Assembly (NCBI GenBank): GCA_964001175.1 | Contig: CAXFAS010000006.1 | Coordinates: forward strand, 6,237-70,236 | DNA length: 64,000 nt | Direction: 5' to 3' | DNA from: an uncultured euryarchaeote | GTDB taxonomy: Archaea > Thermoplasmatota > Poseidoniia > Poseidoniales > Poseidoniaceae | Part shown: piece after piece, positions 1 to 10,794 of the stretch | Layout of the letters: each line of letters starts with the position of its first letter | How positions within the stretch are numbered: position 1 is the first letter of the stretch | The notes under the pieces: model-generated | What the model was told of the DNA's origin: nothing | Databases searched by the model: none | What the model saw: the letters and a program-made list of their open reading frames with translations, nothing else | Made by a program: the position numbers and the translations under genes

Positions 1-2015
1 TTAACCAGTTTGTTAAAGCTATTAGCCAAGTCACCAAATCTGTAGAGGATGACAGTTTCGAATTCTAGCCCTTTAACAGACTCAATAGAATGTATATCCT
101 CACTTATACCCTCGTCCGATGAAATAGCAGTGAGATTTTCTAAGGTTTTATCTTTTGATTTCAATTCTTGTAATTCTTTGGTATCCCTAGACCAGATAAT
201 AGTACCAATATCACTTCCCAAAGACTCTTGAATAAAATTACTCATCTTTTCTCTCTGTTCCTCGTCATTGACATCATAAGAAACGCGAGCAATAAATCCT
301 TCAGTAGAATGTTCATCTAATGCCTTCATTAAATCAACATCTTCATCGCTAACAAACCCTCTTGCATTTATGATGACATTAGCAAAGTCAACTAATGATT
401 TTGGCATTCTGTGGCTAACAAGCATTCGAGAAGGGCGAATGTCAAATTTATCATTGCCACTGTCTTCAATTACCTTTCGAGTTATGAATGTTTCAAGATT
501 CTCCCAAGAGAAACCTGTTGGATTTATTGTTTGTAATGGATCTCCACCAACTACAATATTTATTTTCCCAGGATATTCTTTAAGGAGATAAGTCAGTAAT
601 TTGAATTCAACAATTGTTAAGTCTTGTCCTTCATCGATTAATGTAGTATGATATTTACTGATTAAATCGCCACTTTTAGAATTTCCAAATTCTATGGCTT
701 CCATTGCTCTTCTAACCAAATCAATATCATCTAAGTATTTATTTTCCTTTCTCCACTCTTCATACTTATAATGAATATTAAGTAGATTTCCAATCATTTC
801 TGGTGACATTTTTTCTGTTACCTTTCTACTAATTTTTCCATCCTTTCCTGTGATGGATGAAAAATCGTCTACGGTAATTTTTTCGCTACCATGCCAACCT
901 AATTCCCTTCCTTTCAAAATGCCTCTTATAAAATGCCAGGCTTGCTCGGCTGAAATATATTCATTAAGTTCTAAGTGATTGAAAAATTCACTTTTGAATT
1001 TATAGAAATTTACGAAAGTAGCATTTGCCTCAACCGAAGTAGGAATTGGGATATTTGAATTATCTTCTTTCTTTAACATTTGATGGTAAAGGTTCAGTGT
1101 GGGTAAGTAGTGAATTCTATCTAAGTATTTCTCATAAAATTCTGGAATCATTTTACTAATCCAATAATTGACATATTTTTCAATCATGTCTAGAACTCTT
1201 TTATTATATGCTACAACTAGTAAATTTGGTATAGTTTCGTCTTTTCTATCTTCAGAATCCCATATTTTGAAATGAGCTGCGATTCTTAATGCGATAATAA
1301 TTGATTTACCAGTTCCAGCATGGCCGTCGATTAGAAGCGGAGTCTTCTTTGCAATTTGTTCAAATTGGTCATCTGTAATACATATATTAGCTTCATTTAG
1401 TAAATCTTCAATATAATTTTCAGTTAGTTCGAGATTATCTTTGACAGATATAAATCCACTGTGCATCTTTAACAAATGACTATCCCTTTTGACAATATCT
1501 AATTCCCCGCCATCTGAGTCTGGAATAAATGGCTGAATTTCATCAAAAATAACGCCTCCTGTTCTGTTAATTATATTTCTAACTTCTTCTCTCCAGCCCA
1601 AATCTCTTTCGCCTTTGAGTTGGTATCCAAGCAATTTAACATACGTGACGTTATTTGGAGCGAAGTATCTGCAGAAGTAGATTCTATCAGATTTATTTGC
1701 AGATCTTTTAATTATCTTCACTGTATTGCCGTCTTCATCAACTATTTTTCCAACATATCCGCCGTGCTGGTTAATGATTGGAAAATTTGTTTTATCATTC
1801 CAAAATTCTGGATTGATTAATTTTGTTGTTATGTCTGTAAATATTTTTTTTACTGAAATACGATTTTTTTTCATATCATTTTCAATAATTTTCGTTAAAG
1901 AAGCACAATATTTCGGAATGTATAACTTAACGCCATCAGCCTTAGAAAGAGCTTTTTCATACATTTCTTTGAGAGTATCACTCGCAATGTAACGGTTGTC
2001 TTGCGCCATAGTCAT
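1..2015 (-). CDS. Superfamily-1 UvrD/Rep-like DNA helicase with a ~220-aa N-terminal extra domain; C-terminus runs off the left window edge
   Basis: Absent from the supplied ORF track because it has no stop inside the window. My minus-strand translation from the ATG at 2015 (MTMAQDNRY...; second in-frame ATG at 2009) stays open to nt 1. Motifs: Walker A LLIDGHAGTGKS, motif II TTLIDEGQDL, motif III VGGDPLQTI, HRMPKSL, and C-terminal SVKGLEFETVILY. Confidence 0.75.
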   Translation of the reverse strand, partial: MTMAQDNRYIASDTLKEMYEKALSKADGVKLYIPKYCASLTKIIENDMKKNRISVKKIFTDITTKLINPEFWNDKTNFPIINQHGGYVGKIVDEDGNTVKIIKRSANKSDRIYFCRYFAPNNVTYVKLLGYQLKGERDLGWREEVRNIINRTGGVIFDEIQPFIPDSDGGELDIVKRDSHLLKMHSGFISVKDNLELTENYIEDLLNEANICITDDQFEQIAKKTPLLIDGHAGTGKSIIIALRIAAHFKIWDSEDRKDETIPNLLVVAYNKRVLDMIEKYVNYWISKMIPEFYEKYLDRIHYLPTLNLYHQMLKKEDNSNIPIPTSVEANATFVNFYKFKSEFFNHLELNEYISAEQAWHFIRGILKGRELGWHGSEKITVDDFSSITGKDGKISRKVTEKMSPEMIGNLLNIHYKYEEWRKENKYLDDIDLVRRAMEAIEFGNSKSGDLISKYHTTLIDEGQDLTIVEFKLLTYLLKEYPGKINIVVGGDPLQTINPTGFSWENLETFITRKVIEDSGNDKFDIRPSRMLVSHRMPKSLVDFANVIINARGFVSDEDVDLMKALDEHSTEGFIARVSYDVNDEEQREKMSNFIQESLGSDIGTIIWSRDTKELQELKSKDKTLENLTAISSDEGISEDIHSIESVKGLEFETVILYRFGDLANSFNKLV

Positions 2016-2104
2016 GTTAACTATAAATACTTAATAAAAACGATGCATTCATTTTTTTTATCAAAAAGAGATTTAAGGAATAATTATTCGGTTTTCTTTA
2101 TGTT

Positions 2105-2398
2105 GTGTCGACCCTACGCATTAATCGAGGGCTGACCATGATGCAAGGCGAAGATATGATTTCTCGCTTATCTGGTCTTGTTGTTTATCTTCCTTCAGGC
2201 CAAAAATTAGGTGTAGTCTATGATGCGGTTGTAGATACCTCTGGAATCCGATGTACCCATCTTTTCGTAAGAGAAACCGATCATGAATTAGTCGAAGGCG
2301 GAATCAATGTTGCAGTCCCCTGGCGCTGGGTACGTGGAGTAAACGATGTAGTCATGCTCAGGTGGTTCCCACCAACTCCAATTCCAATGAATTCCTGA
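2105..2398 (+). CDS. PRC-barrel domain protein
   Basis: Small protein with the pattern SGQKLGVVYDAVVDTSGIRCTHLFV, typical of archaeal PRC-barrel proteins. The track start is GTG; an in-frame ATG at 2138 is a plausible true start. Confidence 0.5.
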   Translation: MSTLRINRGLTMMQGEDMISRLSGLVVYLPSGQKLGVVYDAVVDTSGIRCTHLFVRETDHELVEGGINVAVPWRWVRGVNDVVMLRWFPPTPIPMNS

Positions 2399-2407
2399 GG
2401 CGATATT

Positions 2408-3538
2408 ATGGGATTTGACATTCATATTCTAGGTACTTCTTCGGCTCGCCCAACCGGTTTTAGGCAAGTTAGTGGCAGTATTGTTGTTTGCGACGAAGGT
2501 GTCGCAATTGTAGATGCTGGCGAGGGTTTTCAGTCTCGCTTCGCAGTGCAAAGAAAGCGAATGAAACAGTTTGGTGAATCACAAATTAAAGTTGGTAAAG
2601 TCGATGTATTATGTTTGACACACGGGCATTTAGACCATACTTGGGGTGTACTTCCTTGGCTACAAACCATGTCTCTAGACAACCGCGACAAACCGTTACT
2701 GATTCTCGGTCCAACATCAAGCGAAGTTCTTGATTCATTATTATCTAACTCTAAGTTACCTGAAGATATGTCTCATTCTGATTTAATTATACAATGGCAA
2801 TCTTGGCATCAATTAGGTGGAACAACCGAAAAATTAGGATATCCTGTTCGGTGGATTCTAGGTGATGTCAAGGCTGATCGTTGGGTTGAAATAATTCCTG
2901 ATGAACAAAAAGTTGTTGCATTATCTTCAATGCCTCAACCTTCTGGATGGAAAAAGAATCAACTTACTGCACTGGAAACAGAACATACAGTTCCATCATG
3001 TGGTTGGCACTTTTCAGCCAAGGGCAAGAAAGGAAAATTCAACCGTCTCAAGGCCGCAGAATTGAAACTCAGCGAAAGTCAGAAAGCGGGACTCGCTAAA
3101 GGTGAAGATCAGGTGCTGGAAAGTGGTGAATTACTTGCTGCAGGTGAGTTTAGAGGTCCGGATTCTGGAGCGATTAGTGCAGTTCTTTCAGGAGATACCG
3201 CAGAGATGTCTCAAGGGATTTCTAATTTAGAGTCATGCGATGTTCTAATCCACGAAGCAACATTCCTTGATGCTTGGTCAGAGCATGCTTCAAATTACTT
3301 GCATAGTACGGCAAGTGGAGCAGCAAGGACAGCAAAATCATCCGGAGCTAAACACCTAGTATTGACTCATTTTGGGGCGCGAATAAAGAATACTGAAGAG
3401 ATGTTAGGCGAAGCCCAAAGTCAACTAGGCGAGACGGATGTCACATTAAGTGCGGCGTGTGATGGAGATAGAATCGTGCTTTCAGATAACGGACAAATTT
3501 CACATTTGGTTTGGAATGAACAAGGTTGGAATAATTGA
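2408..3538 (+). CDS. rnz: Ribonuclease Z-like metallo-beta-lactamase (tRNA 3' endonuclease)
   Basis: N-terminus ILGTSSARPT...VDAGEG, HxHxDH motif LTHGHLDH, and C-terminal block LIHEATF...HSTASGAA...GAKHLVLTHFGARI all match the RNase Z pattern. A longer central insert fits the flexible arm. Confidence 0.7.
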   Translation: MGFDIHILGTSSARPTGFRQVSGSIVVCDEGVAIVDAGEGFQSRFAVQRKRMKQFGESQIKVGKVDVLCLTHGHLDHTWGVLPWLQTMSLDNRDKPLLILGPTSSEVLDSLLSNSKLPEDMSHSDLIIQWQSWHQLGGTTEKLGYPVRWILGDVKADRWVEIIPDEQKVVALSSMPQPSGWKKNQLTALETEHTVPSCGWHFSAKGKKGKFNRLKAAELKLSESQKAGLAKGEDQVLESGELLAAGEFRGPDSGAISAVLSGDTAEMSQGISNLESCDVLIHEATFLDAWSEHASNYLHSTASGAARTAKSSGAKHLVLTHFGARIKNTEEMLGEAQSQLGETDVTLSAACDGDRIVLSDNGQISHLVWNEQGWNN

Positions 3539-3584
3539 TTCAAACAAGCGCATATTTGAAGTGTGAGAGTCCAAACAGCGGTAT

Positions 3585-6047
3585 ATGCGTTGTCAGTTTT
3601 TAGTTGCATTACTGCTGTGCATGATTATTTCTCCTGTAGCCTTAGGACAAACCGAAGGTCGTGCACCACCCTCATGCTCTGAAAGTAATGTTGCAGATAT
3701 TTCTAACTCATTATCTCTCGATGCAAATCTCTGTTGGAAGATGAATTTGGGAACACTTCAACCAGGTGATGTCTATGAGGTAGAAGTCAATATTATCAAT
3801 GATGCTATTGATGTTTTATTTTTTGACCAAAGTACCATTCAATCTTATGATTTAGGACAATCTTATCGTTCACAATTAGATACTAAATCTTCTATTGAAA
3901 ACGCCTCAGGAGGGTATAATTTCCATTGGAAAGTACCCGCTTCAATAAATCCAAAAACATGGTATATCGTTTTAGATAATTTGGCTCATGATGGAGACCA
4001 AGGGTTTGGAGATCAAGGAGGCGCAACTAGCCAAATTTCCCTTGATTTTATTAAACTACAAGATTCCTATTGGACTCCATATCATGATGTACTTTCAGTT
4101 CCTGCTCAATCATACCAAACACTGCTTTCAGGGGACGACTTGAAATTAGACTCCGGAACTACCATAGTTCTAACTGCATGGGAATTGGAAGGAGTGGGAG
4201 ATGTCTATCTACAGACAAAGCAAATGCATGATTTATATGTTTCAGGAGGTGTTGGCCAATTATACATAACCACAACCGAAATGCAATCTATTACTACTTC
4301 CGATTCTACTACTTGGGTCGTGCCAAATGAACTTGAAGGCGAAGAATTGGTTTTGATAGTAGATAATACGGATAATCCCGTTGGAGGCGGCGATGGTTCT
4401 CAAGATGTTAGAATTACAGTTAGAGTTCAACTAGCACCTCCAATCGACCCACAAATATCTGTTGCTAACTTAGGTATTACTTCGATAGGCGTTGGATTAG
4501 ATTTAGATTCTATGGCGACTCCAAATCTATTAGATCAAATTGAAACATTGAGTTGGGATTTTGATGATAGTGTTGACGTCGATGGAGATGGAATTTTCGA
4601 TAATGATGCTGACCAAGAAGGTTGGCAAGCAGTAGGGGTTTGGAATTCACCGGGTCAAAAAGTGGTAACTCTAACAGCCTCTTCAAAAGACTCACAAATA
4701 GCGAAGACAAATAGAACCATTACTGTTCAAGACACTGTTCCACCAACAGCAATAATTTCGAGTTCTGGCCAGGTAATTAGTGGTGGATGGAAGACAGATT
4801 TGAATGAAGAAATTCCATTCAGTTGTAGCGATAGTACCGATGATGATGAAGTCGTATTATGTAGTTGGACACTAGATGGAGAATTTTATGATGAGAATTC
4901 TACTATCGCTCTTTCATGGTCTAATATTGGAAACCATGTTTTAGTTTTGACAGTAGCAGACCCAGCGGGAAATAGCAATTCAATTAGCAAAAATATAGTA
5001 GTAAACGATGATTCAGATCCTGTTTTAGATCAATCTAAATTGGAATTATTAGCAGATTCTGGGGTTGAGGGCACACCTTTGAAATTTAGCGCATCTGCAA
5101 TTGATTCTTATGACCAAAGTTACCAGTTAACATATCACTGGGACTTGGACCCAAACGTTGATTCAGATGGAAATGGAAATAATAACGATGATCCTAATTT
5201 TGTAGGTTCTGAGGTCGAAATTATCTTTGAACAAACAGGAAGAGTAGATGTTGTTTTAACAGTTATTGATCAATCAGGAAACACAGATTCCCACCCATTT
5301 TCAGTAAATGTTGCCGCTGAATCTGAACCAACGAGTATTTTCGCCTTTGTAATCGTAATTTTATTCATAGGAGTAATCACCATGGCGGTTTCAATGATCG
5401 GTTATCGTAGATGGCAAGGTAATATTGCATTGGAGTTACTTACTGGCCGCGGCCTTTCACAGGCTGAAGCAAAAGCCCATATTAGAATGGTAAATCAAAA
5501 AATGAAAGTTCCAATTTTCGCCTCTGCTTCCGTTATTGCTGGTTTAGATACAAATCAACCTGTGGAATCTTCACAGGAAAAAGAAGAACGGGCCAAACAA
5601 GTCCGCTATGACTCAATTTATGGTTCAAAACAACAAGATCCTAACGCTGGATTCGCTCCTCAGAATAACACCTTTCAACCCATAGTTAGGCAAGTTAGCC
5701 AAGGTAGTCAAACCGCTGCAGCTGATGCATTGGCTATGTTCGCAGAGGATGAGACTGAAACGATAATTGAATCTAGAACCAATCAACAACCAGAAAAGGT
5801 AGTTGAAACCAAGGTAAATAGTGGAGGTATAGAGTTGCCACAGAATATCAAAACTAGAATTTCAACACCAGTTAAAGAGCCAGTTGAAGAGCCTATTCAA
5901 GAGCCCAACAAAGTAATAGATGATACGAGAAGTATTACGTGCCCTGAATGTAATCATCAGTTTAGTATTAAGATTCCACAAGGTGTTGAACAAGCAGTTG
6001 TTGCTTGTCCTTCTTGTAATATTGATTTCGGAATAGAATTTGCTTGA
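3585..6047 (+). CDS. Surface protein: signal peptide, three PKD-like repeats, single TM, long cytoplasmic tail ending in a zinc ribbon
   Basis: N-terminal hydrophobic signal FLVALLLCMIISPVALG. PKD-like blocks (WDFDD...VVTLTASSKD; CSWTLDG...VLVLTVADPAGNSNS; YHWDLD...VDVVLTVIDQSGNTDS). TM helix IFAFVIVILFIGVITMAVSMIGY. C-terminal CPECN-x18-CPSCN. Confidence 0.7.
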   Translation: MRCQFLVALLLCMIISPVALGQTEGRAPPSCSESNVADISNSLSLDANLCWKMNLGTLQPGDVYEVEVNIINDAIDVLFFDQSTIQSYDLGQSYRSQLDTKSSIENASGGYNFHWKVPASINPKTWYIVLDNLAHDGDQGFGDQGGATSQISLDFIKLQDSYWTPYHDVLSVPAQSYQTLLSGDDLKLDSGTTIVLTAWELEGVGDVYLQTKQMHDLYVSGGVGQLYITTTEMQSITTSDSTTWVVPNELEGEELVLIVDNTDNPVGGGDGSQDVRITVRVQLAPPIDPQISVANLGITSIGVGLDLDSMATPNLLDQIETLSWDFDDSVDVDGDGIFDNDADQEGWQAVGVWNSPGQKVVTLTASSKDSQIAKTNRTITVQDTVPPTAIISSSGQVISGGWKTDLNEEIPFSCSDSTDDDEVVLCSWTLDGEFYDENSTIALSWSNIGNHVLVLTVADPAGNSNSISKNIVVNDDSDPVLDQSKLELLADSGVEGTPLKFSASAIDSYDQSYQLTYHWDLDPNVDSDGNGNNNDDPNFVGSEVEIIFEQTGRVDVVLTVIDQSGNTDSHPFSVNVAAESEPTSIFAFVIVILFIGVITMAVSMIGYRRWQGNIALELLTGRGLSQAEAKAHIRMVNQKMKVPIFASASVIAGLDTNQPVESSQEKEERAKQVRYDSIYGSKQQDPNAGFAPQNNTFQPIVRQVSQGSQTAAADALAMFAEDETETIIESRTNQQPEKVVETKVNSGGIELPQNIKTRISTPVKEPVEEPIQEPNKVIDDTRSITCPECNHQFSIKIPQGVEQAVVACPSCNIDFGIEFA

Positions 6048-6110
6048 TATATCAAAAGTGAATTTTTAACGATTTTGTAATCAAAAAGGGGATGGTTTGA
6101 CATAGGTGAA

Positions 6111-9100
6111 ATGGCACCTGTGATTATGGATGAGTGTGAACCGCGTCTAATACGCGCTGGTCTACCTCAATTACATGATAATCGCAAAAGTGCTGTTTTT
6201 CTTGTGCTGCTGATGTTTGTGTCAGTAGCCCAACCTGTAACTGCAGATAGTTCGATTTCTCGCGATGACTTCGATGTACTCGATGCTTTGATGGAGACAT
6301 TGAATATGAGAAAAGAGAATGGAGAAGCAGAAATTGCCAATTCATTGGCTGAAAGTGCATTGAGTGCCGTCGATGCTGCGGCTAGACCGGTTGGAGATGA
6401 CGATCCGCTAACCGTAGCAAACAAATTCTTGGATAATGTTTCGATGCGTGATTCAAGTGCATATGAAGTAGATCATCCCCGCCCATACGAATTTTTGATG
6501 GACAGGTCCACTCAACCTGAAGGATTCCCAGATAATCTATTTGATACTCTATTTTCAACCGCTGCTCTGGGCAATGGAGATATTTTAGCGATTGGAATTA
6601 ATACTTATGCTGTTTATGTAAACTTCACATCAAGGAATAATGGGCCATCATACGAAGCATGGGAAAGAGGAACATTCACTGGAGAGTTAATAGTTGATGG
6701 ACAAATCGCTCTTTTTGATAATTACATTGATATCGACGGAGATGGTTCTGATGATTTAATTGTAGCCTTAACCATTGAAGGAATAATCAATCAAGGAGAT
6801 GGTTTTGGTGCGGAAACTAGCCCCGGTTTATTGGGGATTCCTATTATTGATAAACTTTGGATTAAGCCAACATTCCAATGGAAAGTTGAGGCAATAAACC
6901 TTGATGACCCTCTTTGGGGTTCTTTGAAACATTTAGAAGTTAGTCTGATGAAAGGCTTGGCATTTGATATTACACTGGACGATTCTGAATCATATGGCAT
7001 GGTCGTAGATACTAGGTTTACTCAACCGCCATACCGATTTACTCTAGGAATTGGAATAGATAGAATAGAATTTGATGTATCTGCGCAAAATGTATTACAA
7101 CTCGCACTTGGGACATTTTTCAATACCCTGAATTCATCTGAGTTAGCATTGACTTCTATTTCAGCACCATTTTCAGTTCAAATTTCTAATCCAAACGAAC
7201 CAGGTTCATCACTTCAAAATGATTGTCAAGACCCTGGATATTTTGATCCATTTGCAGACAATATAGCAGAAAGTGATGAACATAAATGTGGATTTGGAGT
7301 GGGTGTAGGTTTCATTAGATTTGATGGTGATGGGGGTGGTTCAGCAGCCCCAGTTTTAGAGATGAGTTATTTGGATGCAGGCTTCCATCCCGAAGTTGGA
7401 GAAACTACTCTGCCGTCTGAAGTAGATATAACAATAAGAAACGATAACTTAGGTGAAAATACCTTTGATACAGTTGAAATATTTTCAGATTTAGGAAGTG
7501 ATGTTTATCTTCATTACTACGAAGACCGCTCAAATGTAACAGAAGGGGATTCAGAGTTTGGTAATACAACCGATGCTAGGGTGTGGATTCATGGCTTACC
7601 TTCTGGTACGATGCCAACCGAAGAAATCGCTTCATATTTCACTATGCTTGGAGAGGCCCCAGGGTCTGCGAATTTACCAGGTGATGTTCCCTCAAGACTG
7701 TCATGGATTATTGGAATTAAAAATTTCTCAGGCGATAATACTGGTAATGTTGACGACCCTACTCTACCAATAAATCCTGTCGAAGCACCTAATACCCTCA
7801 TAGCAATTGCTGGTACTGAAAAGATAGACCGCCTAGAATATAAATCTACATTCAAGCGTGGAGGTTTTGATACTGATGCCTCGTCTCTACAAATTGAAAT
7901 TGAACAAGTACCTGAGGTGATAATTATCGAAGGAAGTTTCCTTGTTTCACCCACCGGAATTGACCGAGTCAATTTTGATAATCCGAATCTCAATTCTATC
8001 GCACAGATATTAGATAATGCCCTGCTTTCAGTGGTAGAAGTCGTACTTGATATTGGAGAAATTGTAAATTCCCTTCCGGATTCAATAGTTAGTACTGCAG
8101 GGTCTTCGGGAGGAACCCTAGAATTACATTGCTTTAGCCAAGTCAAAGGAAATATTGGAGGTAGTCCAAGGACTAGTGAATCTATTGGCAGAATAACTTT
8201 TGCATTTTCAAGTAATGACCATCCATGGATTCCAGACACTGACCACTTGTTGATTTCACAGGATAGTTCCATTGACCAAGTTCTTGGAAAACAAGGCCCT
8301 GTTGACCCGCTCGTTCCAGTCGCAATGAGTTTGAGAATAGCAGGAATTTCAGATGTGATATATTCCTATGACCCCGATACAAATATTCGAGATATAGAGG
8401 TTAAAGGAGATAATGGCGGCCCACTATTAATGGGTCATATCAAACATGATGGGTTAGATTTAGAATCTGCAATTACTCAATCCGCTTTATTCTCAAATAG
8501 ACCCTCTAGTTTACAAATTATACAGACTTCTGATGACTTGACATACCAAGCAAGTTCAACAATCTCTTCAATTACCTATGGTGGAAAGAGCCCTACCCAA
8601 CAAAATGCAATCAAATTAAATGGCTTGCCTACTAATTTCGGGTTGGTATTAGGAGATACCTTGGGATATTCCGCTAGTGAATCAATGGAATCAATTCAAA
8701 TTCAGTTGTCAAATGCAACAAATCCTGTTACAATGGATGGAGACCATTTTAGATTCTGGGTTGATGAGGACAATTCAGAAGCAAGTATGAGTCTTCAAAT
8801 TTCAGATGTTTTGAGTTTGAAACGTTTTTCTCCACAAGTACCCAATGCAACAGGACCTGAAGGTAATTCACAAATCGAATTGATTAGAACTCAATCATCT
8901 CCATTCCACGTATTGCTCGAAGATCAATCCAATTATGAAGACTCATTCCTTGGAATGAATGGAAGAATTGCAATTGACCCATTACCCTCTAATATCACTC
9001 TAGAATTCCCCAGTGGCGTAGATTCATCTGGATTGGAGTTGCCGAATTTTGATGAAGGCGAAGGTGTTGAAGCTCTATCTTTCTTCTTAGGCGATTTAGT

Positions 9101-10790
9101 GGACTTTGGTTCATCAGTCAATGACGTTGTTTATGACTTTATCAAAGATTTAGCTGGGACAGAAGATGATGAAGAAGATTTTGCTTTGGGCCTTAATCTG
9201 TTGACAGGTGAGAGTTTCAATCTCAGTATTGATGTTAGAAAAGGAGATAATTTCCAAGAAGTGCCGGATTGGGCTCATGGGATCTCGGCAAATATTTTTG
9301 AGGCTACAGTAATTGATTTCAATGTCTCGAGAATGCCTTCTTTAACGCAATCTTCAAAATCAGTAATCGATGCTGCTTTGGTCGATTTCAAGATTGATTC
9401 CAATGAGCAACAGGACGTATTAAATGCCCTATTAAGTGCAAATATTACTCAGTTTGATGATTTAGTAATGGCTCTTGAAGATGGAGTTGTTTATGGTTTT
9501 GAGATGAATGGCTTGAATTTAACCCAGTTAGATAGTTTAGGCATAGAATTGGAATTTAGGCGCTCTTGGCATACTAAAATTTGGTTGCCTCAATTACCTG
9601 CAGGTACTATTAGTCTAAATTATGACTTCCGCATGATAGATAATATTCCTACTTATGAAATCGATATGTCAATGTCCCAATGGAATCCTCTAAGAGAGCA
9701 AATTAGTATTATTATCAACGGAATTGAAGGTAGAGATATGAGTTTAGTAATTGATGGATTGGATACTTCAAAACCTAATGATGTTTCTGCAAATGCAGTA
9801 TTTTTCACACAGGATAATCTAACAGTGCCTCGATTTACTGTTGATATGAATTATGACTTAGGGTCTAAATTAGATTCAATTCATGGGATTTTTATTGATA
9901 GAATAGAGAAAACCAGGGTTGAAACTTTAATCGATGAAGTACCACAATCAATGGACTTCTCTGCTACAATAGGAGATATTTTCATAATTGATTTAGCAGT
10001 ACCTGACGAATTCATGACTGAGTCTAAAACCTCTATCGATAAATTGATGATTCAACAATTACGATTTGTTGATGGTTATTGGTGGCCCGCAACTGCATTT
10101 ATGAGAAATCTACCTGGAATCATGTCATTGAGTGCCGTGCCTGATAATGAATTCAATATTAGAGAAGATACATCCTTCCAAGGTATGATGACATTGGATT
10201 ACACTTCAAATGCAGAAAATATGGATTTATATCTGGAAGCAGCAGGAAGAGCTGTTGATTATCGAGGCGATGTTTTGATGATCGCTCAAGGATTGCCGTC
10301 AACATTCAAGGTAGATACTACAGAGGATTGGGGCATGAGAGTTGCATCATCTGGCGAAGGAGTTAGAAGTTTGTACATGAAACAATCTAACATGCCAGTT
10401 ATGCCAGGAGTGACTGTTCAAAGAGTAGAACTTATTGGACAAGACCTGAAATCCGCTACTATTCACGTTCATAGAGGTCCATATGAATATCCTGTAATTA
10501 TCCTTGATGATATAACCGAAGGTCGCATTGTCGCAAGTGCTCAAGTAACTTCTCAACCTGGTTATTATGTTGATATATTTGGTGAGAAGAAATTCGATGG
10601 TAGAGCAGTAATGCTTGACACACAAATGACTGGACCTATACCAACTGCCTCTTCTTTAGGGATAAATGGAGTAGTAGCAGATCTTTCTGTAGTAGGAACA
10701 ATTACAGGTGGTGCTGTTGAAACTAGACATATTTTACTTGTTGAGCCTATGACGTCAATGATTGCCAGTGGTTTGGCTATGCTGGGGTGA
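6111..10790 (+). CDS. Giant (1559 aa) secreted/anchored protein of unknown function with an FG-GAP/Ca-binding-like DxDxDG motif
   Basis: Uninterrupted 4.7-kb ORF with AGGTGA just upstream of the ATG. N-terminal hydrophobic segment AVFLVLLMFVSVAQPVTA. YIDIDGDGSDDLIVAL motif. No other family recognised. Confidence 0.6.
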   Translation: MAPVIMDECEPRLIRAGLPQLHDNRKSAVFLVLLMFVSVAQPVTADSSISRDDFDVLDALMETLNMRKENGEAEIANSLAESALSAVDAAARPVGDDDPLTVANKFLDNVSMRDSSAYEVDHPRPYEFLMDRSTQPEGFPDNLFDTLFSTAALGNGDILAIGINTYAVYVNFTSRNNGPSYEAWERGTFTGELIVDGQIALFDNYIDIDGDGSDDLIVALTIEGIINQGDGFGAETSPGLLGIPIIDKLWIKPTFQWKVEAINLDDPLWGSLKHLEVSLMKGLAFDITLDDSESYGMVVDTRFTQPPYRFTLGIGIDRIEFDVSAQNVLQLALGTFFNTLNSSELALTSISAPFSVQISNPNEPGSSLQNDCQDPGYFDPFADNIAESDEHKCGFGVGVGFIRFDGDGGGSAAPVLEMSYLDAGFHPEVGETTLPSEVDITIRNDNLGENTFDTVEIFSDLGSDVYLHYYEDRSNVTEGDSEFGNTTDARVWIHGLPSGTMPTEEIASYFTMLGEAPGSANLPGDVPSRLSWIIGIKNFSGDNTGNVDDPTLPINPVEAPNTLIAIAGTEKIDRLEYKSTFKRGGFDTDASSLQIEIEQVPEVIIIEGSFLVSPTGIDRVNFDNPNLNSIAQILDNALLSVVEVVLDIGEIVNSLPDSIVSTAGSSGGTLELHCFSQVKGNIGGSPRTSESIGRITFAFSSNDHPWIPDTDHLLISQDSSIDQVLGKQGPVDPLVPVAMSLRIAGISDVIYSYDPDTNIRDIEVKGDNGGPLLMGHIKHDGLDLESAITQSALFSNRPSSLQIIQTSDDLTYQASSTISSITYGGKSPTQQNAIKLNGLPTNFGLVLGDTLGYSASESMESIQIQLSNATNPVTMDGDHFRFWVDEDNSEASMSLQISDVLSLKRFSPQVPNATGPEGNSQIELIRTQSSPFHVLLEDQSNYEDSFLGMNGRIAIDPLPSNITLEFPSGVDSSGLELPNFDEGEGVEALSFFLGDLVDFGSSVNDVVYDFIKDLAGTEDDEEDFALGLNLLTGESFNLSIDVRKGDNFQEVPDWAHGISANIFEATVIDFNVSRMPSLTQSSKSVIDAALVDFKIDSNEQQDVLNALLSANITQFDDLVMALEDGVVYGFEMNGLNLTQLDSLGIELEFRRSWHTKIWLPQLPAGTISLNYDFRMIDNIPTYEIDMSMSQWNPLREQISIIINGIEGRDMSLVIDGLDTSKPNDVSANAVFFTQDNLTVPRFTVDMNYDLGSKLDSIHGIFIDRIEKTRVETLIDEVPQSMDFSATIGDIFIIDLAVPDEFMTESKTSIDKLMIQQLRFVDGYWWPATAFMRNLPGIMSLSAVPDNEFNIREDTSFQGMMTLDYTSNAENMDLYLEAAGRAVDYRGDVLMIAQGLPSTFKVDTTEDWGMRVASSGEGVRSLYMKQSNMPVMPGVTVQRVELIGQDLKSATIHVHRGPYEYPVIILDDITEGRIVASAQVTSQPGYYVDIFGEKKFDGRAVMLDTQMTGPIPTASSLGINGVVADLSVVGTITGGAVETRHILLVEPMTSMIASGLAMLG

Positions 10791-10794
10791 TTAA

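Noticed and set aside
49-1992. Four short plus-strand track ORFs (49..231, 370..591, 1620..1820, 1726..1992)
   Set aside because: All overlap the continuous minus-strand helicase reading frame, which carries unmistakable SF1 motifs. They are low-complexity, Ile/Phe-rich shadows.
7589-8272. Long antisense ORFs inside the giant genes (for example 7589..8272 -, 13104..13487 -, 10565..10858 -, 31054..31422 -, 22216..22542 -, 53710..54009 -)
   Set aside because: Each lies entirely within a much longer ORF on the opposite strand that has clear protein-family motifs. They have no SD or recognisable domains and are shadow ORFs.
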